From IMG/VR virus record IMGVR_UViG_3300045988_082043: a stretch of DNA of 52,840 nt; one strand, 5' to 3'. Position numbers and translations under genes: made by a program. This document shows positions 1 through 7,334 of this stretch, in pieces; within the stretch, counting starts at the first letter, position 1, and every line of letters starts with the position of its first letter. Origin of the DNA: a virus. The notes under the pieces are model-generated. The model saw only the letters and a program-made list of their open reading frames with translations, was not told where the DNA came from and did not search any database.

Positions 1-227
1 CCAACAGCGCCGAGGCGAACTACCAGAAGCAGTACGACTATTACAGGAACGGTAATAGCAAGGTCAAGTACCAGCACACGGCGACGACGAGCGCCTGCAG
101 CTGGTGGCTCCGCTCCGTGTATGCGAGCTACACGACCGCCTTCTGCTATGTGTCCACGGACGGGTCTGTGTACTTCAACTCCGCCGCCGGTTCGCTTGGC
201 TTCGCGCCGGGCTTTAAGGTGGCCTAA
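1..227 (+). CDS. 3' end of the DGR-target tail fibre gene (same gene as 51145..52840, joined across the circular contig junction)
   Basis: The open-ended frame at the window end continues here (nt 1-99 = 52742-52840). It ends ...CSWWLRSVYASYTTAFCYVSTDGSVYFNSAAGSLGFAPGFKVA with TAA at 225-227. WWLRS...GFAPGF is a C-type-lectin/DUF6273-like signature. Confidence 0.9.
   Translation, partial: NSAEANYQKQYDYYRNGNSKVKYQHTATTSACSWWLRSVYASYTTAFCYVSTDGSVYFNSAAGSLGFAPGFKVA
92..218 (+). repeat. DGR variable repeat VR1
   Basis: Colinear with TR 883-1009 (offset 791). Of 23 mismatches, 21 are at TR adenines (mostly AAY codons) and 2 are not (TR C960->T, T977->G). The 3' GC-rich block ggcttcgcgccggg is conserved. 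Confidence 0.9.
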
Positions 228-254
228 TCCCAAATCAGGCATCGAAAGTGGAGC

Positions 255-276
255 GGTGGGGGCGCAAGCCCCTACC
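255..276 (+). promoter_or_regulatory. GC-rich hairpin with GCAA tetraloop just downstream of VR1 (DGR target-recognition-type stem-loop)
   Basis: ggtgggggc-gcaa-gcccctacc: 9-bp stem including one G.T, GNRA-type loop at 264-267, 28 nt after the stop codon. Confidence 0.6.
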
Positions 277-386
277 AGCGAAACGCCAAGCACCGAGTAC
301 CCAAATCAGCACAGGCCCCATCCGGCGGGAGCGGCAACGCTCCTGCCGGTGACGGGGGCACCAAAACCGGAAGGGAGAACACCGAA

Positions 387-854
387 ATGGCAGTATACAA
401 ATCGCGGCGCAAGGACGCGGCGGCGCAATTTGTGGCAGACGCGCGAGAGCTGCGGAAGGCCACGGTGCGCATCGCACGGAAGTTTCCGGCCAGCTACAAG
501 TACGTGACCACGGGGCCGCTGCTGCAACTGGCGAGCGAGGTCTACATGAACGCGCTCAAGGGAAACAGCATCTACGTCCACAAGGACATGAGCGAGCGGG
601 ACTACGAGCTGCGGCACCGCTATCTGGCGGCGGCCACGGCCAGCGCCGACGCGCTGCTGGGCGAGATCACCTTCTGCTATGAGCTGGTGGACGACGGCAA
701 CAACTTCTTCCGCAACAAGGAGGAGTACGAGCGGACGTTCCAGACCTGGACGACACTGGCGAACAATGCGCTGTCGCGCCTGCGGGGTGTGATGGACAGC
801 GACAAACGCCGGTGGAATGGGTACATGAGAGACCGGAAAGCAAAAACACTATAA
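387..854 (+). CDS. avd: DGR accessory variability determinant (Avd-like helical bundle protein)
   Basis: 155-aa basic, helical ORF placed between VR1 and the TR, directly upstream of the RT. Both position and size match Avd. Confidence 0.75.
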   Translation: MAVYKSRRKDAAAQFVADARELRKATVRIARKFPASYKYVTTGPLLQLASEVYMNALKGNSIYVHKDMSERDYELRHRYLAAATASADALLGEITFCYELVDDGNNFFRNKEEYERTFQTWTTLANNALSRLRGVMDSDKRRWNGYMRDRKAKTL

Positions 855-882
855 ATCCCCGTAGGGCAAGTTCTGACGGCCA

Positions 883-1010
883 CGCCTGCAACTGGTGGCT
901 CCGCTCCGTGAATGCGAGCAACACGAACAACTTCTGCAATGTGAACACGGACGGGTCTGCGAACAACAACAACGCCTACAATTCGAATGGCTTCGCGCCG
1001 GGATTTAAGA
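883..1010 (+). repeat. DGR template repeat (TR)
   Basis: Non-coding copy of both VRs, with 13 AAY codons in the VR reading frame. It ends ggcttcgcgccggg-A-ttt, where both VRs carry C (TR1003). Followed by a 310-nt GC-rich structured spacer up to the RT start. Confidence 0.9.
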
Positions 1011-1321
1011 ACAACCTGGGGCCTGAACAAGTAGCGAAATGCGAAGCTGTGCCCCAAACCTTAAAGGAGAACTTGACCCTTGGAGACTGGCCCGCCATGC
1101 GCGGGCTTCATTCCTTAAATCACCACTCGATACGGAGGCCCGGACGCTTCTTGCATGGCCGGGGATTTACGGCGGCGTTGCCCCGGCTCCATGAGCAACC
1201 GTTATGCAGCTACTTCAAACCGCTGCGGCAGACGACGCAGGTGCGGGAGGTCATGCGACCCGCAAACCGCGCGCCAGACCGAACGCTGTACGGGTGGGAT
1301 ACTGCATTGGAGGCAACATGA

Positions 1322-2572
1322 TTGAATAGCCAAGAGAGGCACGAGGCCAGATACCAGCGGCGAAAGGCCCGGCGCGAGCAGAGGGCGCGGGAGGCCGGTG
1401 GAGCGAGCTTCGAGGAGGTCATGTCATTCGGGAACATCTGCAAGGCCGGAAAGAGCTGCTGTGACGGAGCGCGGTGGAAGACCTCCACCATCAACTTCGA
1501 GACGAACCTGCTGGGCGAAGCACAGGCGACCTATGACACGCTGCACTACGGAAAGCGCGTGTTCAAGGGCTTCCACAGCTTTGCGACGGTGGAGCACGGG
1601 AAGGTGCGGAACATCGACGCGCTGCCCATCCAGGAGCGGGCCATCCAAAAATGCCTGTGCAAGAACCTCCTGACGGAGGTTTATTCCAGGAGCTTCATCT
1701 ACGACAACAGCGCGAGCCTGAAAGACCGGGGCATGGACTTCCAGCTCCGGCGGCTCAGGAAGCACCTGCAGGACCATTACCGGCGGTATGGGACTGAGGG
1801 CGGTATCTACCAGTTCGACTTCAAGAATTATTTCGGGAGCCTGCCGCACGAGGAGATCAAGCGGCGGGCGCGGAAGAAGATCATGGACGATAAGTTATAC
1901 ACATTGTTCTGCGACTTTGTGGATGATTTCCGGCTGATGAAGACCGCCGACAAGGAAGCACACCGGGGCGTGGGCCTGGGCAGCGAGGTATCGCAGATCA
2001 TCGCCCTTGACTACGCCAGCCCCATCGACCATTACGTGAAGGACGTGCGCGGCATCCACGGGTACGGGCGGTATATGGACGACGGGTATGTGATCAGCAA
2101 TTCCTTGGAGGAACTGGAAGACATCAAGCGCAACCTGTACCGCCTGGCTGAGGCGCTGGGCATCGCCATGAGCGACAAGAAGAACATCATCACGCCGTTC
2201 CGGCACCACAGCTTCACCTTCCTGAAAATGCGGGTGACGCTGACGGAGACGGGCAAGGTGGTGATGAAGCTCAGTCGCAAGAGCATCCGTGCCATGCGGC
2301 GGAAGATGGATATTTTCCGGCGGTGGATGGACGAGGGCCGAATGGGACCGGAGGACGTGTTCCAGTCCTATCAATCGTGGAGAGCGCACGCGAAGCGGTG
2401 CAACAGCTACGACACGCTGCGCGCCATGGACGAGCGCTTCACGCGGATGTTCGCTGAGGAACTGGCCGGGCGGCGGAAGCCGTTCCCGTGCACGATGAAA
2501 GCCACACGGACCGGGTGCGGCTGGATATACCGGCGGCACGGAGCCGTCATTGAGGAGGAAATGTGCGCATGA
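1322..2572 (+). CDS. DGR reverse transcriptase
   Basis: 416-aa ORF with RNIDALPIQERAIQ, SFIYDNSASLKDRG, GVGLGSEVSQ (the [ILV]GxxxSQ motif typical of DGR RTs) and YGRYMDDGYV (YxDD). TTG start at 1322 is assumed; the exact start is uncertain. Confidence 0.9.
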   Translation: MNSQERHEARYQRRKARREQRAREAGGASFEEVMSFGNICKAGKSCCDGARWKTSTINFETNLLGEAQATYDTLHYGKRVFKGFHSFATVEHGKVRNIDALPIQERAIQKCLCKNLLTEVYSRSFIYDNSASLKDRGMDFQLRRLRKHLQDHYRRYGTEGGIYQFDFKNYFGSLPHEEIKRRARKKIMDDKLYTLFCDFVDDFRLMKTADKEAHRGVGLGSEVSQIIALDYASPIDHYVKDVRGIHGYGRYMDDGYVISNSLEELEDIKRNLYRLAEALGIAMSDKKNIITPFRHHSFTFLKMRVTLTETGKVVMKLSRKSIRAMRRKMDIFRRWMDEGRMGPEDVFQSYQSWRAHAKRCNSYDTLRAMDERFTRMFAEELAGRRKPFPCTMKATRTGCGWIYRRHGAVIEEEMCA

Positions 2573-2988
2573 AGTACATCACACACAACAGGTTCAAGAA
2601 GCTGGCCGCCTGCGGCGAGGTGCTGAACATCCCGTATGGTACGGAGATGGAGACGGCGGGCGACTTCATCATCACCCAGGAGGGAAAGCCGATCTGCTAC
2701 GCGACCAGCGAGGCCGCGAAGATGCACTTTGCCCGCAACGACGACGGGCAAGGGCTGGAACGCGGGAAGCTGACCTGGGCCATCGCGTACTCCCAGCGGG
2801 TGCGGACCGGCCCGAACGGACGGCAGCAGCGCTTCACCGAGGAGGAAATCGAGCTGCTGGAACGGAAGTGGGCACATTTCCTGCGGCAGGATGTGGAGGT
2901 CATTCTGTTCAACGAAGACTTTTTCGCGGCGGCGGTGCCGGAGCTGAAAGAGCTTGCGGACGCGCTGCACATCAAAGTGAGGAGGTAA
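2569..2988 (+). CDS. hypothetical protein
   Basis: ATG at 2569 overlaps the RT stop (ATGA). GAGGAGGA RBS at 2552-2559. 139 aa with no recognised motif. Confidence 0.6.
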   Translation: MKYITHNRFKKLAACGEVLNIPYGTEMETAGDFIITQEGKPICYATSEAAKMHFARNDDGQGLERGKLTWAIAYSQRVRTGPNGRQQRFTEEEIELLERKWAHFLRQDVEVILFNEDFFAAAVPELKELADALHIKVRR

Positions 2989-2993
2989 GACCC

Positions 2994-3380
2994 ATGTATG
3001 CAATTATCAGCAAAGGCGAGCTGCTGGCCCTGTGCGAGCGTCCCCGCTATGTGAAGCGGAACGAGGAGACCGGGGCCTATGTGGAGGCGGCGGAGGCTGA
3101 GGCCATCGGCATCGCCGTGGGCGGCGAGGTGTATAACCTGCCCGGCGGCACCGCCATCCCCGACGCGCCGGAGGCGCTGGCACAGGAGGGCGAGGCTGAG
3201 GAGTATGTGTTCCGCAACCACGCCCGCATCATCGAGAACGAGGAGACGACCAACGCCGCCTTCGCCGCCGTGGAGGAAGCCATGTGCGAGCTGGACAGCT
3301 CCTCGGAGGAGCGGCTGACGGCGGTGGAAGAAGCTCTTTGCGAGCTGGACAGCGCTGCAAACGGAGGAGGTGAAAACTGA
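2994..3380 (+). CDS. hypothetical acidic protein
   Basis: ATG 2994 after GGAGG. 128 aa, Glu/Ala-rich with an internal repeat EEAMCELDSS / EEALCELDSA. Confidence 0.55.
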   Translation: MYAIISKGELLALCERPRYVKRNEETGAYVEAAEAEAIGIAVGGEVYNLPGGTAIPDAPEALAQEGEAEEYVFRNHARIIENEETTNAAFAAVEEAMCELDSSSEERLTAVEEALCELDSAANGGGEN

Positions 3381-3550
3381 TGAACGCTATTTGGGCTAAT
3401 CGACTGGTGGCCGGTACGCGCAAGTGGGCCGAGGTGCCTGCTTCCCGCAAGGCTGGCGTCAAGGCGGAGCTGGCGAGCCGCGTGGAGAACGGCAAAATCA
3501 GCGCCGAGCAGTACGAGGAGATCACCGGCGAGGTCTATGCCGGTGAGTAA
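3380..3550 (+). CDS. XkdX-like small phage protein
   Basis: 56-aa ORF below the ORF-track cutoff, ATGA-coupled to the upstream stop. Ends ...GKISAEQYEEITGEVYAGE, like the XkdX family motif kIT.eqY.eITGe. Located between the fibres and the lysis genes. Confidence 0.6.
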   Translation: MNAIWANRLVAGTRKWAEVPASRKAGVKAELASRVENGKISAEQYEEITGEVYAGE

Positions 3551-3740
3551 TCTCAAAATCATTGAGGAGCTGTGCGGCATCTGCGCCGACCTGGCGAAGA
3601 TCGTAACGGAGCAGCAGAAGCTCCTCGCGCAGCACGACGCCGTTGCGCTGGCGGAGGACATCGACCGGGTGAAGGTGCGGTATACCGCGCTGATCGGAAG
3701 CGGAGAATGGCCGGACGAGGCGCTGGGCGAAGAACTATGA
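3537..3740 (+). CDS. hypothetical protein
   Basis: 67-aa ORF overlapping the previous stop; helical. Confidence 0.5.
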   Translation: MPVSNLKIIEELCGICADLAKIVTEQQKLLAQHDAVALAEDIDRVKVRYTALIGSGEWPDEALGEEL

Positions 3741-3814
3741 TCGGCGGGGGCCGGGTGGGATAGCTGCCCGGCCCTCCCCTGTATCGTCAACAACCAGGAA
3801 AGGAGGGTGCCGTT

Positions 3815-4126
3815 ATGGACGACCCCTATATCTCGCGGGCAGAGCACGAGGAGTTCAGCCGCCGTCTGGCGGAGGAGAACAAGAGGCAGGACAAGCGTAT
3901 CGAAATGCTTGAGGAGAACGTGCGCGAAATGCGGGCGCTGACGAACTCGGTGGAGCGGTTGGCGACCAGCGTGGAGGACATGGTCAAGGAGCAGGAGAAG
4001 CAGGGCAAGCGCCTGGAAGCGCTGGAAGGACGGGACGGTGAAATGTGGCGCAAGGTCGTGGGCTACATCATCACCGCCGTTATCGGCATCGTGATCGGCT
4101 TCGTGTTCCATCAAGTCGGTATGTGA
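3815..4126 (+). CDS. xhlA: XhlA-like lysis-associated membrane protein
   Basis: 103 aa: N-terminal coiled coil (EENKRQDKRIEMLEENVREM...) plus a single C-terminal TM (VVGYIITAVIGIVIGFVF). Sits in the lysis cassette. Confidence 0.7.
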   Translation: MDDPYISRAEHEEFSRRLAEENKRQDKRIEMLEENVREMRALTNSVERLATSVEDMVKEQEKQGKRLEALEGRDGEMWRKVVGYIITAVIGIVIGFVFHQVGM

Positions 4127-4138
4127 GGAGGGCGGGCC

Positions 4139-4546
4139 ATGAAGTACGTGTGGGTAGTCATGGCCGCCTTTTTCTTTGGCCTGGGAGCGGGCCTTCTCCT
4201 CTGCAACAGCACGATCAGCCATCTGCGCCGCAGGCTGCGCGCCCTCCGGCTGAATGGCGATCAGGGGAAGAAGACCGAGACCATGAAAAAGGTGGTCTGG
4301 ATATGCCTGGGAAACGGGTTTGCGTGGATATGGTGCAGCTATGTCCTCGCCTACCTGGGACGGGAGCAGATCGCGGAAACGCTGTCGTCGGTGGCCGTGA
4401 AGGAGATCATCGGCGTGGTGCTGGCATACGCCATCAAATCCGTCCTGGAAAACCTGAGCAAGAACAATCACTGGCCGGATAAGCCGGACCCCATCGCCCC
4501 GGCGGCGGAGGAGGAAACGGCGGACCAGCCAAGCAACGACCTGTAA
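4139..4546 (+). CDS. membrane protein of the lysis cassette (holin/antiholin-like, function uncertain)
   Basis: 135 aa with about 3 hydrophobic segments, immediately upstream of the endolysin. Confidence 0.55.
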   Translation: MKYVWVVMAAFFFGLGAGLLLCNSTISHLRRRLRALRLNGDQGKKTETMKKVVWICLGNGFAWIWCSYVLAYLGREQIAETLSSVAVKEIIGVVLAYAIKSVLENLSKNNHWPDKPDPIAPAAEEETADQPSNDL

Positions 4547-4562
4547 GGAGGGCAAAAACGGA

Positions 4563-5519
4563 ATGACTGAAAACCAGTTACGCCAGAAGGTCGTCAAAAT
4601 CGCGGTGAGCTATCTCGGCTGCAAGGAAGCGGACGGGAGCCACCGGAAGATCATCGACCTGTACAACAGCCACAAGCCCCTTGCCAGAGGCTACGCCGTG
4701 AAGTATACGGACGCATGGTGCAGTACCTTTGCTTCCGCCGTCGCCATCGCCGCCGGGCTGACCGACATCATCCCGACGGAGTGCGGGTGCGAGAAGCACA
4801 TCGCCCTGTTCAAGAAGCTGGGCGCGTGGGTGGAGAACGACGCCTATGTGCCGAAGCCGGGCGACTACATCTTCTACGACTGGCAGGACGGCACGAACTA
4901 CGCCACGACGGACAACACCGGCGCGGCGGACCACGTGGGCATCGTGACAGAGGTAAACGGCAGCACCATCACCGTGATCGAGGGCAACATGAGCGACGCC
5001 GTGGGGTATCGCCATATCGCCGTCAATGGCCGGTATATCCGGGGCTATGGCGTGCCGAAGTACGCCAGCAAGGCCACGGGGACCGACGCCGGGACGACCG
5101 GCGGCGAGACCGGCGGGACCGGAAACACCGGCGCGGGCACCTGTAAGGCGGGCGACATCGTGAACTTCACCGGCGGGAAGCACTACACCAACGCGAACGC
5201 GGCCAGCGGCACGGCCTGTAAGCCGGGCAAGGCCAAGGTCACGCAGGTGTACCAGCCGGGCAAGGCGAAGCATCCGTATCACCTTGTCGCCGTGAGCGGC
5301 GGCGGAAGCACCGTGTATGGATGGGTGGACGCGGCGGACATCGGCAGCTCTGCCTCCGGCGGGACGCGCACGCACACCGTCGTTCGTGGGGATACGCTGT
5401 GGGCGCTGGCAAGTACCTATCTCGGAAGCGGGAGCCGCTACAAGGAGATCATGCGCCTGAACGGCCTGACTTCCGAAATCATCCATGTTGGGCAGGTGTT
5501 GAAGATGCCTGCCAAATAA
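4563..5519 (+). CDS. endolysin: CHAP-type amidase/peptidase + SH3b-like + C-terminal LysM
   Basis: N-terminus has DAWCSTFASAV (catalytic Cys) ... DHVGIVTEV...IEGN. Middle ends ...VYGWVDAADIG. C-terminus THTVVRGDTLWALA...YKEIMRLNGL...VGQVLKMP is a LysM. Confidence 0.9.
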   Translation: MTENQLRQKVVKIAVSYLGCKEADGSHRKIIDLYNSHKPLARGYAVKYTDAWCSTFASAVAIAAGLTDIIPTECGCEKHIALFKKLGAWVENDAYVPKPGDYIFYDWQDGTNYATTDNTGAADHVGIVTEVNGSTITVIEGNMSDAVGYRHIAVNGRYIRGYGVPKYASKATGTDAGTTGGETGGTGNTGAGTCKAGDIVNFTGGKHYTNANAASGTACKPGKAKVTQVYQPGKAKHPYHLVAVSGGGSTVYGWVDAADIGSSASGGTRTHTVVRGDTLWALASTYLGSGSRYKEIMRLNGLTSEIIHVGQVLKMPAK

Positions 5520-5534
5520 GAGAGGAAGACGTTT

Positions 5535-5846
5535 ATGGAACTGACGCTCAATATTTCGGCCATCGTCGCCATCATCGGCGCGCTGACCGTACTGACCAAC
5601 ATCATCGTGGAGGTCCTGAAACGGGCAACGTGGGAGAAGATGCCCACGAACCTGCTGGCAATCATCGTCGCCATGGTGCTGACGCTGGTGGCCTTCTTCG
5701 GGTATATGGCCTTCATGGGCTACGCCGTCATGTGGTATTACGTTGCCGCCGCCGTTGTGGTGGGCTTCGCGGTGGCCTACGCTGCCATGTTCGGCTTCGA
5801 CAAGCTGAAAGAAGCGCTCGGTCAGATCAAGAAAAATAACGAATAA
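5535..5846 (+). CDS. holin
   Basis: 103 aa with 3 TM segments and a charged C-terminus (KEALGQIKKNNE), directly after the endolysin. Confidence 0.75.
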   Translation: MELTLNISAIVAIIGALTVLTNIIVEVLKRATWEKMPTNLLAIIVAMVLTLVAFFGYMAFMGYAVMWYYVAAAVVVGFAVAYAAMFGFDKLKEALGQIKKNNE

Positions 5847-5851
5847 GTGAG

Positions 5852-5900
5852 AAATCCCCCGGCGGAGGTCCAGAGAACGGACATCTGCCGGGGGATTTTT
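5852..5900. terminator. bidirectional stem-loop terminator between convergent genes
   Basis: 12-bp perfect stem aaatcccccggc (5852-5863) / gccgggggattt (5887-5898), followed by a T-run on the + strand. Lies between the holin stop (5846) and the stop of the minus-strand gene (5903). Confidence 0.7.
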
Positions 5901-5902
5901 GT

Positions 5903-6853
5903 TTAGGCGCGCCTGCTCAGGTACAGCACGTGCGAGATATAATATTCCAGAGCGAAATCGCTGCCCGCTGCGACGTTCTGCTCCATGGCTTCACGCATCG
6001 CGGCGGCGGTGCTGCCGTCGAAGTCGTCCATGGTGAACAGGTCCACAATGCCGGGGCACACGATCTGCTCCTGGCACACCTCTTTGAAGCGGAAGGCAAG
6101 CTCCGTGCGCTCCTGCTCCCCACGCATCAGCCCGGCGATCAGGCAGGCCCGGAGGGTACGGCGGAAGTCTTCGGAGTTGCACAGCTCACGCATGGGGTAG
6201 CCCGCGAGAAAGTCGAGGCGGCGGAATGGAACATCATAGCTTGCGAAGATGGTGTGGGCTTTGCCGGAGGGGTGAACATAGCCCCACCGGCTGTCATGGT
6301 CGCGGTATGCGGCGACGGCTCCGGGGTAGTCCTGCTCCTTCAAGGCCAGCGTGGCCCGGCGGATAGCCTCGGTCAGGTCGGCACCGTGGGCCGCGATCAG
6401 CGCAGAGCCAGAGGCGGTCAGTTCCAACAGCCTGCGGCTGGGGCTGATACGGAAGCCGTCAGCCAGGAGCCGGGCGGCCTGCTGCTCCTTGGTGCCGCCG
6501 ACCGAAAGGCCGCGCTTGCGCAGAAGCTCCTTCATGGCGTCCTTCGTGTAGAGCACGGAAAGCGGCTGCCCTGCGTCCGCGTTCTGCACGAAGCCACGTC
6601 GGACCAGGACGCGCCGGGCCTCTGCCTTACTGCCGAAGTCTGAGGCGTCCAGCACATCCGGCGTGAATGGGCGTGAGCGCTGTGGGTCCATGAAGCGGAT
6701 GGTGTAGAAAACCGCCCTTGGGTCGCGGTGCTCGCCTGCCGCGATCTCTGAAAAGGCCGGAAGCACGGCGGGATACAGCAGATCGGTGGTGTGTGGGACG
6801 CTGCCGGAGCTGTTGACACGCGCCGGGGGCTTACGAAATGAGAATAGGCCCAT
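5903..6853 (-). CDS. SAP-domain protein of unknown function (accessory 'moron' gene)
   Basis: 316 aa, strong RBS GGAGGGGAG before ATG 6853. Contains MKELLRKRGLSVGGTKEQQAARLLADG (SAP-like helix-extension-helix). It is the only minus-strand gene in this neighbourhood. Confidence 0.75.
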   Translation of the reverse strand: MGLFSFRKPPARVNSSGSVPHTTDLLYPAVLPAFSEIAAGEHRDPRAVFYTIRFMDPQRSRPFTPDVLDASDFGSKAEARRVLVRRGFVQNADAGQPLSVLYTKDAMKELLRKRGLSVGGTKEQQAARLLADGFRISPSRRLLELTASGSALIAAHGADLTEAIRRATLALKEQDYPGAVAAYRDHDSRWGYVHPSGKAHTIFASYDVPFRRLDFLAGYPMRELCNSEDFRRTLRACLIAGLMRGEQERTELAFRFKEVCQEQIVCPGIVDLFTMDDFDGSTAAAMREAMEQNVAAGSDFALEYYISHVLYLSRRA

Positions 6854-6921
6854 GTTCTCCCCTCCACATTTTTTATATTTTTGCGCATTTATGGGATATT
6901 ACCATAAGAATATCAGAGAAT

Positions 6922-7224
6922 ATGGTAAAGTCAAATAAAATATGGGAATATCACATAGCGAGGAGAGGCGAACACTTGAAGATCATCAATCTGGACGGAC
7001 GGCGAAATGTATCTGGCGAGCGGGTCCGGCAAATGAGAACGAAGAAGCGTATGACACAGGCGGACTTGGCGGCGAAGGTGCAGACCACGGGCGTTATCCT
7101 GGAACAGGACGCCATAAGCCGCATCGAAAGTGGGAGCCGCATGGTGCAGGACTACGAGCTGCGCGCCCTGGCGGAGGTGCTGGGCGTCACCTCGGACTGG
7201 TTGATGGACGAGGAAGAAAAATAA
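6922..7224 (+). CDS. XRE-family helix-turn-helix transcriptional regulator
   Basis: GERVRQMRTKKRMTQADLAAKVQTTGVILEQDAISRIESGSRMVQDYELRALAEVLGV is a classic Cro/C1-type HTH. The start is uncertain: ATG 6922, or TTG 6976 which follows AGGAGAGG. Confidence 0.85.
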   Translation: MVKSNKIWEYHIARRGEHLKIINLDGRRNVSGERVRQMRTKKRMTQADLAAKVQTTGVILEQDAISRIESGSRMVQDYELRALAEVLGVTSDWLMDEEEK

Positions 7225-7226
7225 TT

Positions 7227-7262
7227 ATGCCGTAGGCTTAAAGCCTACGGCATTTCTTTTTG
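7227..7262 (+). terminator. rho-independent terminator after the XRE gene
   Basis: Perfect 13-bp stem atgccgtaggctt / aagcctacggcat with a 1-nt centre, followed by ttctttttg. Confidence 0.75.
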
Positions 7263-7277
7263 CGGCGCTCTGAGCGC

Positions 7278-7307
7278 TTGACATTCTGCGCTTTTATGGG
7301 TTATTAT
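7278..7307 (+). promoter_or_regulatory. sigma70-like promoter upstream of the transposase
   Basis: TTGACA (7278-7283), 18 nt, TATTAT (7302-7307). Confidence 0.5.
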
Positions 7308-7334
7308 CCCCGAAAAAAGAAGGGAGTGCCCACA

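Noticed and set aside
812-1321. 169-aa plus-strand ORF containing NWWLRSVNASNTNNFCNVNTDGSANNNNAYNSNGFAPGF
   Set aside because: This is the DGR template repeat read in the VR frame, which explains the Asn-rich translation, followed by the structured TR-RT spacer. There is no RBS, and it overlaps the avd stop region. It is a template, not a gene.
7227-7253. Perfect 13+1+13 palindrome just upstream of the transposase, considered as an abutted IS30 IRR-IRL junction (attP-like)
   Set aside because: It is followed by a T-run directly after the XRE stop codon, so it behaves as an ordinary intrinsic terminator. It also shares no sequence with the candidate IS ends at 7283 and 8535.
7260-7334. N-terminal extension of the transposase ORF in the track (start at 7260)
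   Set aside because: The extension covers the promoter-like TTGACA...TATTAT. The ATG at 7335 follows AAGGGAG, and the homologous HTH domain starts right after it.
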